DNA from: Thalia democratica
Lineage: Eukaryota
DNA length: 64,000 bases
Direction: 5' to 3'
Assembly (NCBI GenBank): GCA_965202585.1
Contig: OZ241832.1
Location: 42,036,001-42,100,000, forward strand
This document shows, piece by piece, positions 51,101 through 63,650 of the stretch. Within the stretch, counting starts at the first letter, position 1. The number at the start of each line of letters is the position of its first letter. The notes under the pieces were generated by a model. The model saw only the letters and a program-made list of their open reading frames with translations, had not been told where the DNA came from and searched no databases. The position numbers and the translations under genes were made by a program.

Positions 51101-51924
51101 CTCTGTAGACTTTTCCCGACGTTTTTTTCGATCATTAGAAGTAAAATAAAGTACGAACTTGTAACAATAATTTAGTAAAATATAAACTTTTGTGGTACAA
51201 ACATGATTGTACGTACTACTTTCTAAGTAAAAATATTAAAATAGAATGACACTAAAAAACAGAACAAGTTTACATTTAGAAAATATTTTCAGTTTATGTT
51301 GTAAAAAGTACTTACGACAGTTTAATAAAACAACATAATAAAGATGTAAGCAACGTATTCACAGTGAAAGAAACAACACTTTTTTATTTCAAAATAAGGG
51401 CCAGCAAACTGCGAGATATCTCCTGCCTTTTAGTTAAAAAAAACTTATAAGAAATAACAAAAATCGTTTTTGATCATAAAAAATACTGCTAGACTCTCAG
51501 TTTTATTTGAGTGAACACTGAACAGTGGTACTGATTTAATTATTATTTTATCACAATTTTACTTTTAAACACTCTTTTTGTCAAAGTTTCCTTAGAATTA
51601 TATAAGTATTGGATAATATTTTTACTTAATATAATTAATCCATCAAAGTCTTTGTATAGCTAAACTGTTCTGTTTATTTTGAAAGACTCTCGATTCCTGT
51701 TAATAAGGTAACGACACAGAACCTGGAAAAGACATTAAACTGTAACCGTAGTGTACGACTCGATAACCTAAAGTCGTATACAACCAGCTCATTAGATTAA
51801 ACTTTTTGAGCGCTTTTTTGAAGTTTAATACACAGCAAACCATACGTGAGCTTCATTTTTTTAATACATAGTTTTATAAAAAAAAGAACTACTGCTAACT
51901 TAAATTTTCAGTTTCACATTATTA

Positions 51925-52690
51925 GGATTGAGTCTGTGCAGAGAAATTTTACCCGTTTTGTTTGTAATAGATGCAACATTTCAAATGCCTCATACAAAGA
52001 TAGTTGGTGAAGCTCAGATTGGAGTCTCTAGAGTATAGAAGATGGCAGTTTGACTTGATAACACTTTTTAAAATTGTTAATGGTAAATATAAAAAAAATT
52101 TTAATCAGTTTTTTGCTTTTTCTCAGACCAATTATAATTTGAGAGGAAATGATAAAAAGATAAAATGTAAATATAATTTTAATAACAGTCAGTGGCAAAA
52201 TTCTTTTTTCTGCAGAACAATCAATATGTGGAATAGGTTACCGCAGGATGTGGTTTCGTGTGGGAGGGTGGAACATTTTCGATTAAAACTAAAAAAAATT
52301 GATTTAAATAATATAAACACAAGTAAAATACAGTGATTATCGAACAAAAATTCATTTTAAAATATTAGTATCACTACGAATAACTTTTCTTCCCTACTCC
52401 TTCCCCCTACAGATTATAAGTTATTATATATAATTTTTTGTAAACGTGTAATCTTTTATAGTCTATGCATAAGTTTTATATGAGAATTTATTTCGTTTTG
52501 TTTTTTGTGCATTCTAAGTTATAATTTATCATACAGGACTATTAGTTTGTAATTTTTTTTTACTATGTTATGTTTAGATTTTAATTTTTATTGAATGTAA
52601 TTCGTTTGATTCTTTTTTCGTGTGTATTGTTTAAGCGGCTCAGGTTTTAATGCCCGAGTCCATCTTCGCACAATAAATTCCAATAATAAT
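51925..52690 (+). mobile_element. CR1-type LINE 3' fragment
   Basis: IESVQRNFTR, then ORF 52004-52336 (LESLEYRRWQFDLITLFKIVNG...SFFCRTINMWNRLP), followed by 3'UTR. Confidence 0.8.
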
Positions 52691-54515
52691 GATAAATATA
52701 ATACTTTTTCGTATTATGATATTTTTATTAAATATAAATTAAATTAACTTTTAATGGTGTTCCAGACAAATTTTTATAGTCGTTAGTGGTTGTAAATGAA
52801 TGTTAAAATAACAAACCTTTTTATGTTTGTAGTTGTTATTATATCATTTTTAAGAATTATATCTATGTTTAAAAAGTGTATTTTGCTGATTCAATAAGAC
52901 AATCTATAACATAGTCCTAAATATTAGACCAGATCCGAAAAATGTTCAAAAATTTAGTTACCAAGAAAAACTATACCTTTTTTTGATTTTTTCCATCCAT
53001 GTAAATTTTATGACTTATTTTGTTTTAAAATTACTGTTAACTTGTAAAGATTAGAGCACTTAGACCATAAAGCTTAAATTATTTTACCACATAACTTCAA
53101 GTATCGATATTTGATTTCTTCTAAGTGCAAGATTACGATAAAAATAATTTTACGATGTTGTTTAATGCTCCAAAACGCTATATATTTTTTATTTTCTTAA
53201 GCTTAAAGTTTTGACAACTTTAAAGTTCAAATATATAAAGTAATGTACTTTACTATATTATAAGGGTTTAAAAGTCAAACCGAAATATTCACAACTTTCA
53301 TCGTTATAAAACAATTGCATTACTTATATGAAATTAATTCTAGTTGTTTTTCATAGTTATTTTCCTAGTTATCAATTAAAATTATCCAACTTTGTAAACA
53401 ATAGATTTAAAAAGTAATCTTTTTAATTTAAAAGCATAGTTTAAAGAATGCCAGACGGAAGTATTTGATTAGTTTTAAACTTAATGCTTAATTATATTTT
53501 ATATTTTAATTTCCGTGTATTATTTAGTTTTTATTATATAAAGTTTAGATAAGTTTTAGTCTAAAAAATTTTATGAATTAAATGTATGTATGTAATATTT
53601 AGTTGTAATACAGAAAACACTATTTGATAATTTAGTATACTTTTATAGCTAATAAATTAAAAAGAGAGCGCAAAACTATAGATATATAAAATAAAGTTTA
53701 CAAAGTTTTATTTTGAAAAAAAAAACATGTTAGCAAAATTGAATCTATTGTAATTTATCTTTTTACAAAAATCTTTTAATTAAAATAATTGAGTGTTTAT
53801 TGAGTTAGACTACAAGTTTCAATTTTATAAAGTATTTGCAAAATGTTTGTACAAAAAGTTATATTAGTTTCTTTGTAAAATAGTTCAAGTAAGTTTTTCT
53901 AAATTCATTGATAAAATATAAAACGCTAATACTCTTTCTTTTTAATTATAAAATTCAAATACTTTTAAAATTAGACAAAAAATTGTAGATTTTGAAGATC
54001 TTTTTAGCTATACTTAAGAATTTTGTTTTTAATCAGTTTTTAAACATAATCAAAGCAACTAAAGAATTAAACAATAAAGGGAGATTTTAAAAGTAAAATA
54101 AAAATAAATCTAAAAGAATTTTGTAGTAGTAAATTATAGCTTTTATTTTTTACTTTTTAAGTTAATTATTGGTATTTAATACAAAAAGTACAAATATAAA
54201 TAGTAGTTTTATCTATTTTTAAGTGTTATATTTTGTATAAGTTTCAATTTGTGTTAGTTTTTAAAATATTTAAAGCTTCTTAAGATTTTAAAGTATTTTT
54301 GCTTTTTACTAAGCTATACTAACTATGAGTTACAGAGTCAGCTAAAAACTTGCTGATTCGGTAAAAAGTGTTCAACATAATAATTGAATATTTTGAACTG
54401 CGTAAAAAACAATGTTAGTTTGCTTTGAAAAATTCTAAATACATACTAAACTATTTATAAATGACGAATTCACTGTATGTACAAATGAGTATAATTTTTT
54501 GTTTCTATAAACAGG

Positions 54516-57500
54516 ATGATTAACACACAATGTAGCAACGAATTAGAATACACAAATGTAGCAATAACTACAAAAGAAGATTACAGTTATGAAAGTACTG
54601 AACAAAATAGTAAAAGCAAAAATTTGATAAGTAACAAAAACAATGGTTTGTAAAACAATTTAAACTTCTTAAAAAAACTTTCAAAATTAAGTTTGCTCTA
54701 ATTTATTTACAGGTACAATTGATAATTTATACCCGATGAAGACTTTTTCCATACTCAAACCTAACAACAAGTTTGGTGAAATGAAAGGTCTAACTCAAAA
54801 AATGCCTCTATATAACAAATGTTCAAGTTTACAACCAGTTTTTTGCAATGGAGTTGACAATTGTTACTCAAATGAATTTAGTAAAGATTTTAATATTGAT
54901 AAATTAACATCAAATAAAAACGACAAAAGCAATTTTTTGTTTTCAGAATATGATAATAAATTTAAGAAAAATGTTTCAATTTCCAATTTTGTAGAACCCG
55001 AAGACAACAGAAAACAGTGTTTTGCATCGAGTTCTAAAAGTATAAGTCTAAATTCTTTTCAACACACGTCTTTAATTTCGTCTGATAGTTTCAAACAAGA
55101 TAGTATAGAACCTCAAAAAACTGAAAAGTGTACCCTATATCAAAACTTTTATACTTACAACCAAAATTATCAACAACAAAGTTTCCACAATAAGCTGTGG
55201 CTACCTAACTACACATATGCATATTCAAGTCACTCAAAAAAAATTGATGTTCAGTCAAACCTGAAAGAAATGTTTAAAAAAGATTGTACAAGTAATTTAA
55301 TCGGTTATAATTTAAATCAAATTAAGACTAAAGAGTCCGCAAGTTATTACAGTTTGACAAACAAATATTTTGTACCACAGAACGTAGTATCTAAAACACC
55401 AGGTATTTTAAAAGACAAAAAAGCAATTGAGGTAAGTACTGTTTTTCAGTTAAAATTGAATAAAAAACAACTTTAAAACTTTATAAAATTTACTTTTATG
55501 TACCTCAGATTGTAAAAAAATTTCAAAACAAATTCTTAAATTTAAATAACTTGTAAACCGTTTAACCACTACAATTACTTTTATCAGTTATCAGCTGTCG
55601 AAAAGTATAATAAAAATAAGAAGAAAAAAAATAATATAAAATATAAAAAACAAACCTCAAAAAACTACACTAAAGAAAATCGTTTATATAAGTTTCGCAA
55701 GCAACGAGAACTGTGTCATAAGTCTACTTACAATGCAAAATGGGGAGTTAAAGTGTTTGAAGGTATTTTGAAAGTACTTTTAGTTAAATATATGCTTTAA
55801 CATAAAAAATATTTTGAGTAAGTTTAATTTTTTTTATACATACTAAGATTGGACAATTGAAAACAACATTATACAAAGTTTTGTATTTTCTAACCCAAGT
55901 AATCTAGCTTTGATTCTTTCATCATTTTACAACTCTATCCGGAAAAAAAATGGTGACTGGTATTCAGTGAGTTCGATGTTCAATGTTAGAGCAATGTTAA
56001 ACAAACACATTAAATCTATTCGAGGTAATGACTTTGACATCGTTGAAATGGATGAGTTTAGGTATGCTACTTATAGAATAGATTTTTTTTCCTTTCTTAG
56101 TTTTTCTATGTAAGTGACAGATGAAATATAACACTCAAGAATATTAAAACTTTTATTTTAGCGTAATTTTTCATAACATTGTTCAAAAAGCTGATTATTA
56201 AAGATACAAATCTAAACCTATACAAAATGCCGTTGTTACTTTAATTCCAGAGAGGCTAACAAAGTTTTCGAAGAAAAAGTTAGACACATAGAGACAATAC
56301 AAATCCGTCCAACTAAAGAACCTATCAGTGAAGAGGATTTTAATAGAATTTTGAATTTCGACATTTTTAGTAACAAGCAACCTGAGTTTTTACAGTTAAA
56401 AGTAAATTTAATTTTGTATCCTAAATATTTGTAGTTGCATAGGTAAACCTTTGTTGCAACATAATTATATGTTTATTTAATAGTTTAAATCAAAGTTTCA
56501 AAAATTGGTCCATATGGAAGTCATCTTAATAAGTCAGGGAGCTATAAGCTGAAAAGGAGCCAAACGGGGCCGTTACTAGTAAAGGGGCCATAATGCGTAC
56601 TTAGATTCGTTTCATGAGAAATTCAAAGCTTTTTTTATAAAATTAAGAGAGAAAAACGGTTATAGGCATATCTTATCAAAAATAGAAAACATACAATCAA
56701 ATAAATACTTGAACTTAATCATACGTCATATTTTAAACTTATTTTTTAAACTGTTTGCTAACCAAATTTTTTTTCAAATTCATATAACATTTACCACTTC
56801 AAAATGAAACTAGTATAGTTTTGAAAAGCTTTGTGAGATAAAATAAAATGAGTAATTTGTGAATAATAAATTGCAAATAGTATATAAATACTTCTTAATT
56901 ACAATTTTTGAAATAGATTCACTTAAACTTATAAGTCATTGTCATTATGTGTTTATTAAAAAAAAATCGCTAGATAAATTATATTTTGCATTGATGATCG
57001 TTAAAAAAGAAAACATTAATCAGCAGCATTATAAATTAGTGTTTTTATACATTTTTTAAGTTTACTAAAATGTTTATAAATAAAAGTTTGTTCAAAAATC
57101 CTTTAAAAATAATTCTCAATTTCTAAAAAAACGCTTAGCAAAAGATCTTTCTTTTATTAAAACATTTTCAATTCTGCTTATTTATTAGAAAAAAATTATT
57201 ACATACATATTTAAATATAAATATACCACGCGCATACAAAAAAAATATTATTAAGCAAATTATTACGTTTAATAGATTGAATATAAAAAATATATCTTAA
57301 AAAAGCTAAAATAAATCAGTTATTCTTAACTTATTAAACTATGTATTAGTACAAACATTTTGACTTTGTTGAGCTGTCATTTAGTAAGTTGTATTTTAAA
57401 TAAAACTAAATGTATTTTTCTTAAAGATTAAAAAGAACATGTTTAAAGAAATTTTTTATTAAAACTTGAAAAACCACTGACTACATACTTTATAACTTAC

Positions 57501-60500
57501 TAATCATGAATAAAATATTAAAAATGAAGGCATCTGTTCCTATTAAAATTAGTATTTTATCTAGCTTTTAAATCATTTTAAAAGTATTAATCGTAAATTC
57601 TTGCGAAATAAAGCAAATAAATGTAGGTCATTCCATAGTCAAATTTTAGAGTTTAGTTTCCTAATATCACTACTTTATTAAAATGTCTGTAATAAGTGGA
57701 TTTTGAAAGCCATTAAGACACTTTTTATCTAATTGTTTAGGTTAAAAGTAAAGCTAAACAAGAGGTACTTACATAATAATTAATAATAGTTGTAAAAACC
57801 TTCTAACTAAAGTATTAGTTCAACAAGATCTTTTAAACTTGCTCTTTACTAAAAAAATAGTTTTTAACTTTAAGATAAATTATAGAAAAAAATTATTACA
57901 ACATCAAGTAAATTATACATTTAAAAACTGTTTTAGTTTTCAACTTTTATTTTGTTTATGCTACACGTTGCAAATATTAAATAGTAAAATTAATGCTGTT
58001 TTCGGTGAAAATTTGTCTCATAAAAACATAAATGAGTGTTCTAGTTACACAGATTTTCAGAACATTAATTGTATACGCTCTATATACCAATAGGTTACTA
58101 CTTAAACATATAAGATATTTTATAAAATAATTATACTTTTGGCAACAGTCTCATGTTTCAAAAGTTTTCAATAGATTTATTTTTGGTAACTTTATGCCTA
58201 AAAAAGTTAATTGCACCTTTTATAAATCGTATAATAAGTTCACAGAATATATTTTGATAACAAAGAAACTTATGAGCTAAACTATATTAATTTCTTATAA
58301 ATTAAAATCAACAGTAAAAACTTTTATTAATCAAAACAACACAGGTTTGGTATGATTTTACTTATGCTTTTTCGGGAGAGTTTCAAATCTTAGAGCAAAA
58401 TCAAGATACATGGAAGTTAAATGATTTTGTAGCTATGTTTGACCCAGGTATACAAAAAACTTATGTTACTCGAAAAAATGCATCTTTTAAGGACCAACAG
58501 GTTAAATAAACTAGTATTTATTAACTTTAACACAACATCAATCTACAGCTAAACAAGCAAAAATATTATTTCAAATATGTATTGGCGCGGTAGTCTTCAA
58601 GTAATTTAAAATTATAATAGATAATTAAATTAATGTTAACAGGTCCGTCTTTACGAGCTTGCAATTAACTTGTGTCCATTAAAAAGTTTTGCTAACTACA
58701 TTTCTAGACTAAGTCCAACTTCAAATGTATTTTTCCAAGTTGTCCGTTCAAAACTTCACGGTAACGTATGGTACGGACCAGAATCATCAAGTATAAGCAA
58801 GATACAGCTTATGATGCCAAAAATATCTCGTGAGTTTAATCGGCAAACTGCAGCCAACTGGCTAAATCCGAACCACGGAGCAGCATTTTGTAACCCGCGA
58901 CATAGTACAATATGAGCAAATTTATGATTTTTTAAATTTAATTTTTTGTTATCTTAATTTAACTTTAAGTAAACATTATATATATTTTCTAACTAAACAT
59001 TTGTGTCTAAAGAAGTTTAATTTTTTTCTAACTATGCATTTCAAAATTATGGTGGCTCACAAAAATAATTTTAAGAAACGTGAAAAGACTTTTCTTGTTA
59101 ATCTAGCCCATGACTTGTAAAATGCTCCGAGTTTCTGAAAATATCAGTTATTTATATTTATTTAATTTTTATAACCAAAAAGACTTTTATTTTAGATTGT
59201 TTATGCTGAATATCTTTTAGGTATTTAAAAAATAAAAACTCTTTTGTTAATATCTAGTATAAATTAAATATACACAGTAAAATTTTAAAAATAGTCATAA
59301 AATAGAACGTAGTAAAAAATATGATTGCTGAGAACTAAAACATGTTTAACAAATGATATTGTGTTTTAAGTTTATGCAAAAAGCTGTAGAACCAAGCCAC
59401 CTATATAAAACATTTAAGTGTTAAAAAATGTTTTAATTCATTAAGCAACCAAGTTCGCTTTCAAATTTTTTTTTTAAATGTTGTGTATAAAGGCATGAAT
59501 CTTAAAAGCTTAAATACTTTGATTTTGTTAAAAAAAAGTCATTGATTAAAATTAGTTTGATTAAACAATAGTTTTAGTTTGTTATTAAGAATAATATTCG
59601 GATTAAAAAGTAAGAAAAGAGTATGTCAGAATTTTACAGGTTAGAGAATGTTGGTCAGTGTCAGAGTTTAAGATTACTAAACAATTTTTTTTGAAAAAAT
59701 AGCTTAACATGTGAAAAAAAGACATTTATTTACTTATAAAATATGAAAAAATGTAAGTTTTTAGAAAATTAGCAGTAATCTACTATGCGTATCGTTTTAA
59801 AATATAATAGTGTGGTTACAACACCCTAAGCTCGGGGGCAACGTACGGCCCACGGTGTAATTTTAAATTTGAAATAACTTATGCAAAACAAAACAAAAAA
59901 GCTTTTTTATAAAATATGTTTTTAAATGCTATAATACTCTTATTAACTTATATAAAATAAACGCTAATTAAATTTTCGTTTTATTGAAAGTTAGCAGAGC
60001 AGAAGCCTAGACTTTCGAATGCCGTGAGACAAGCTCAAGTTTAACATAAAGGTTGATCATACAAATTCGATCATCAGACCACAAGCTTTCGGTAGACTGG
60101 TATCATGCTTGCATGTATAAACCGTTTGTATATTGATGACTGCAAGTTTTTTGGTTGTAACTGACTGATGAGTCCTAATCAGGACGAAACCGGTCTCAGT
60201 CTACCGAAAGCTTGTAGTCTGATGATCGAGTTGGTATGATCAAACATTATGTTCATTCAAAGTTTTCTTCAAAAAAAACAAGCCAGATCAAATTTACGCG
60301 GTCCGCAAATTATTTTTAATAAGTATGACCCGCGAAAAAACTTTTCTGATTAACCTGGTTCGCCGACTAAAAAAGTTTCCTACCCCTACCTTAAAAAACT
60401 AAATATAAAATGTCTTTTTTTTGCTTTATTTTGGTTACTTAAAAGTTTTTGATGTACTTATATTTTACTATTTAAACGAAACAATATAGTATTTGAGATA

Positions 60501-60917
60501 TTTTCAAGCTGCTTTATACTTTCTTATTGCATCTTTATGCTAATAGAAAGCATTTTAAAACTAGTATTATTTATGTAGATCTAGTAAAAGTTTGCTGATA
60601 TTCAATAACATATATAAATTTTGTATTTACATTCGCTTTAATTAATAAATCATCAAATTATTAAAGACTAAAAAATCAAATGTTTTTTAAAGACTCTAGT
60701 TTATAAGTGATAAATAATCTGTAAAAATATTTCAGGATACGCTCATTTGTCTAAAATATACACAACAAATTCACTAATATCATCATCAAAGTTGTCATTT
60801 ACAATCAACAAGTATTCGGTTGGAATGAGCTGTGATTCTTCGTGCAGTGAGCCTTGTATAGAAATACCTTTTACCAGCTTTATTGCTTCTTTTGCTCAAA
60901 AAATTGTGAACAAATAA
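54516..60917 (+). CDS. Crypton-derived tyrosine-recombinase-like (DUF3504 / KIAA1958-ZMYM-QRICH1-type) protein, 8 exons, 637 aa, catalytic motifs apparently lost
   Basis: Exons 54516-54645, 54713-55431, 55588-55762, 55848-56061, 56251-56401, 58345-58500, 58643-58829, 60736-60917. All GT-AG, phases chain, total 1914 nt. Motifs: AKWGVKVFEDW, ILSSFYNSIRKKNGDWYSVSS, EFREANKVF, PISEEDF, PEFLQLKVWYD, CPLKSFANYISRL, VWYG, MMPKISRYAHLSKIYT. Confidence 0.85.
59830..60388. mobile_element. Degenerate hAT MITE hosting the family B hammerhead insertion
   Basis: Left GGGGGCAACGTACGGCCC and right GCGGTCCGC/GACCCGCG...GTTTCCTACCCCTA; left boundary approximate. Confidence 0.45.
60157..60204 (+). ncRNA. Type I hammerhead ribozyme (family B) in the last intron of the DUF3504-like gene
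   Basis: GUA ACUGA CUGAUGA GUCCU AAUC AGGAC GAAA CCGGUC|UCAGU C UAC; predicted cleavage after 60195. An inverted arm lies at 60002-60099. Confidence 0.9.
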
Positions 60918-61699
60918 GCACTTTTTTATTAATTAAAAGCTTCATTTTATTCAAAAATAAAAGTCTTTTCAAAAGAAATTACGAATAAACTGATAAATAA
61001 GAAATTACACTTAAAGTTGAAAAAAATACTGAAAAAAAAATCTTTGTAAAAGCTGTTAGTTGTGTTGCTTGAAACTTCAAAAATTTTCGAAGTAAAGTAG
61101 GATAGTATTAAATATCTATGTAGAGTTTTTGACAATTAAATAGTAAAACAATCAAATAGTCAAATTCATTTGACTCTTAAATTAATCAAATTCAATTTGT
61201 TTTAAAATTAATACTAATTTTACCTAACTATACACTGGTAAGCTTGAATTTTCGAAAATGTAACATTTTAGTTTTTGTTTATATTTTCATGCATGAATAC
61301 GTTTTTAAATGACATTATAGATAAGCAACATTGTTATGTGCAGTTTGCTAGTTTATCATACTTGAAAAGGTCGCAATTTTTTGCCACCGAAACCTGGTTG
61401 TAAATAAATATATAATTTGCACATCTTTATTTAAGTTTTAACTTCAAAAAACTCTACTACTAATAGCGGTAGTAACTAGTAAGTACTGAATGATGTTTGC
61501 TAGACACATTTAAACATATGACTTAGATGTGTTTAGGCTTTATTAAGAGTATTTAAAAAAATTAAAAAAAGAAGTTTGCAACCCAAAAAACTAATTTCAA
61601 CCCCAAAATTTAGATATTTTTTAAATTTTTCGACTTAAATAGTAATAAAGTCACTAGACATGTCTTAGATTTATAATAAGCTTATACTTAAAGACATAC

Positions 61700-63650
61700 A
61701 TTTAAAGAAATTTCAACTGCTTTTGATATATCATGACATCATGATCATAAAAAATGAGCAACTTTTGTCTGTAGAATGGTAATTTTTTTCTAATATAAAA
61801 AGCAATTTTTCTGCTGTTTTTACTTTTAGCTTCTTTGATTTTGAAAGTCAAATATGTGGAGTCAGTAAACCAGAAAGCTTTTAATAATGTATTGTCATTC
61901 CAATTGCATGTTGATACAGATATAAAATACATTCTAAATTATGAAAAGTTAGCGCCCAGTACAAATCAAGCAGATCTCTTTTATTAAATTTTAAAAGAAA
62001 ATACCAAGTTAATAATCTTGCAACTTATCACGTACATAGGTTTAATAAACTTCGGGTATTCTAACTCATCTATTTTGCAAAGCCTTCTGTTTATTCGAAG
62101 GCTTATAGTTATAACTTATTAAGCGACAAGAGAAAAACGCTCAATATATTTTGTCCTAGGACCTGGGTACGAAAAAACCTTTCGGTTATCGAGTCGTACA
62201 CCACGGATACATTTTGTCCAGGACTGTATAAATGAAACAAATCTAAGCAACCCGCATGTGGAAGTCGTCAAAGTACTGCTTGACTCTGAGTTTCTAGTCA
62301 CTGAACATACTTAAGTACAATCTTGCTTTACTTACAAGGTAACATAACAATTTTACACTTTGTTGTGGTCAGCTATTAACAAGACCTTCTCAAAATATTT
62401 CCTAAGCTGTATGGAGATCTCAGTAATAAGTAATGGACACTTTGGATGACTATGTAGTACATAATCCACATATTTAACGTGTTAAAGCCAGTTTCTGAGT
62501 TGTGTTGTAAAGTTCTTAACAAGATGTGTATCTATGCGTCCATGTGTCCTGGACAAGACGTTAAAAAATATCCGTGGTGTATGACTCGATAACCGAAAGG
62601 TTCTTCGTGCACCAGGTCCTAGGACCAAATTTTTTGAGCGTTTTTTTATATGTCGTTCAATATCATGCCGCCAAAGTTTTTGATCACAAACAGGGAGAGA
62701 ATATGGATTTGGAACATTTTGTTTGTTTAATCAACCATGAGTTACTCAGCTCAACTTATTAACTAATGAAAAACTAGACGGACTCCAAACGAATAAATTA
62801 GAATCTGAAAGGTACCATGCTGGATTTGGAAAGCGAGCAGCTATGTTAAAGTTTAGGAACCAATGCTTCGCATCAAAAGGGATAAGAAATGACTGTGCAT
62901 TACTTATACCTGATTCTTATTAAACTAAGCATGGAAAAAGTTTTAATAAAATTCTTAAATTTCTGAATGATTTGGAGCAAAGGTGGGTAGCAGAACAGAA
63001 AATATAAAAGAAAGAAAAGGGATCAATACGTGCAGAAGCGTCTCAAGCTGTGTAAAATATTGGGTGGGCCTGTAGTAAGCGTGGAAGAGCTGCATTCTAT
63101 TTTATAATCTCATCCTGATTAAAATTAAGTTATTGTTCCTAATGAGTTAATTTAATTTAGAGAGTCAAACAAATCTGTTCTGTCATACAACCCAGAACTT
63201 TTTTAAGTAATTAGTAATACCGAAGAGGAAATATTTCTAAACTTATGTGCTCTTGTTTCAGAAAATGATGGTCGCTCTCTGTGTTCTTTACCAACAAACG
63301 CTGATGCATTATTTATTTTAGGGGCTTCTTCTCCTATATAGAAAAAATGAAAATGTTATGGTAGGGAATTGTTATGCCACGTTAATTGTGAAAGAGTCAT
63401 CAGAAACATAGTATATTGTTACTTAGGAAGGTAAAAATGATGATGAGACTTACAAGATGGACTACCTCATGAGAGTTCAAGCTGAAAAAAATTCGAAGTG
63501 GAAACACCCTTTAAACGTGATTTGATGAACTTGCATTTAGATTCTATTCTTGATTGTGAAATTTATGGGGAATGGAATGTTTCTAATGAAAGATCTATTA
63601 ATTTTTTACTGAGAAATCATATCCAAACAGAATCATCAGTAGAATAGATG
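61700..63650 (+). pseudogene. Heavily decayed DNA-transposase-like ORF (superfamily uncertain), interrupted by two copies of the 120-nt repeat
   Basis: Frame-broken peptides KLGYSNSSILQSL, NETNLSNPHVE, QDLLKIFPKLYGDL, GREYGFG, GLQTNKLESER, CKILGGPVVSVEELHSI continue across insertions at 62117-62224 and 62546-62662. Recognised by pattern only. Confidence 0.5.

Noticed and set aside
56580-57715. Possible Kolobok-like MITE in intron 5 of the DUF3504-like gene
   Set aside because: The terminal similarity is too degenerate to fix boundaries or a TSD by eye.
60217-60245. Second CTGATGA downstream of the family B ribozyme (and one at ~3799 in the RTE remnant)
   Set aside because: Not followed by a stem II and GAAA.
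62569-62625. SECIS-like AUGA...AA hairpin in the 120-nt repeat
   Set aside because: No 3' GA of the quartet, and other copies have ACGA instead of AUGA.
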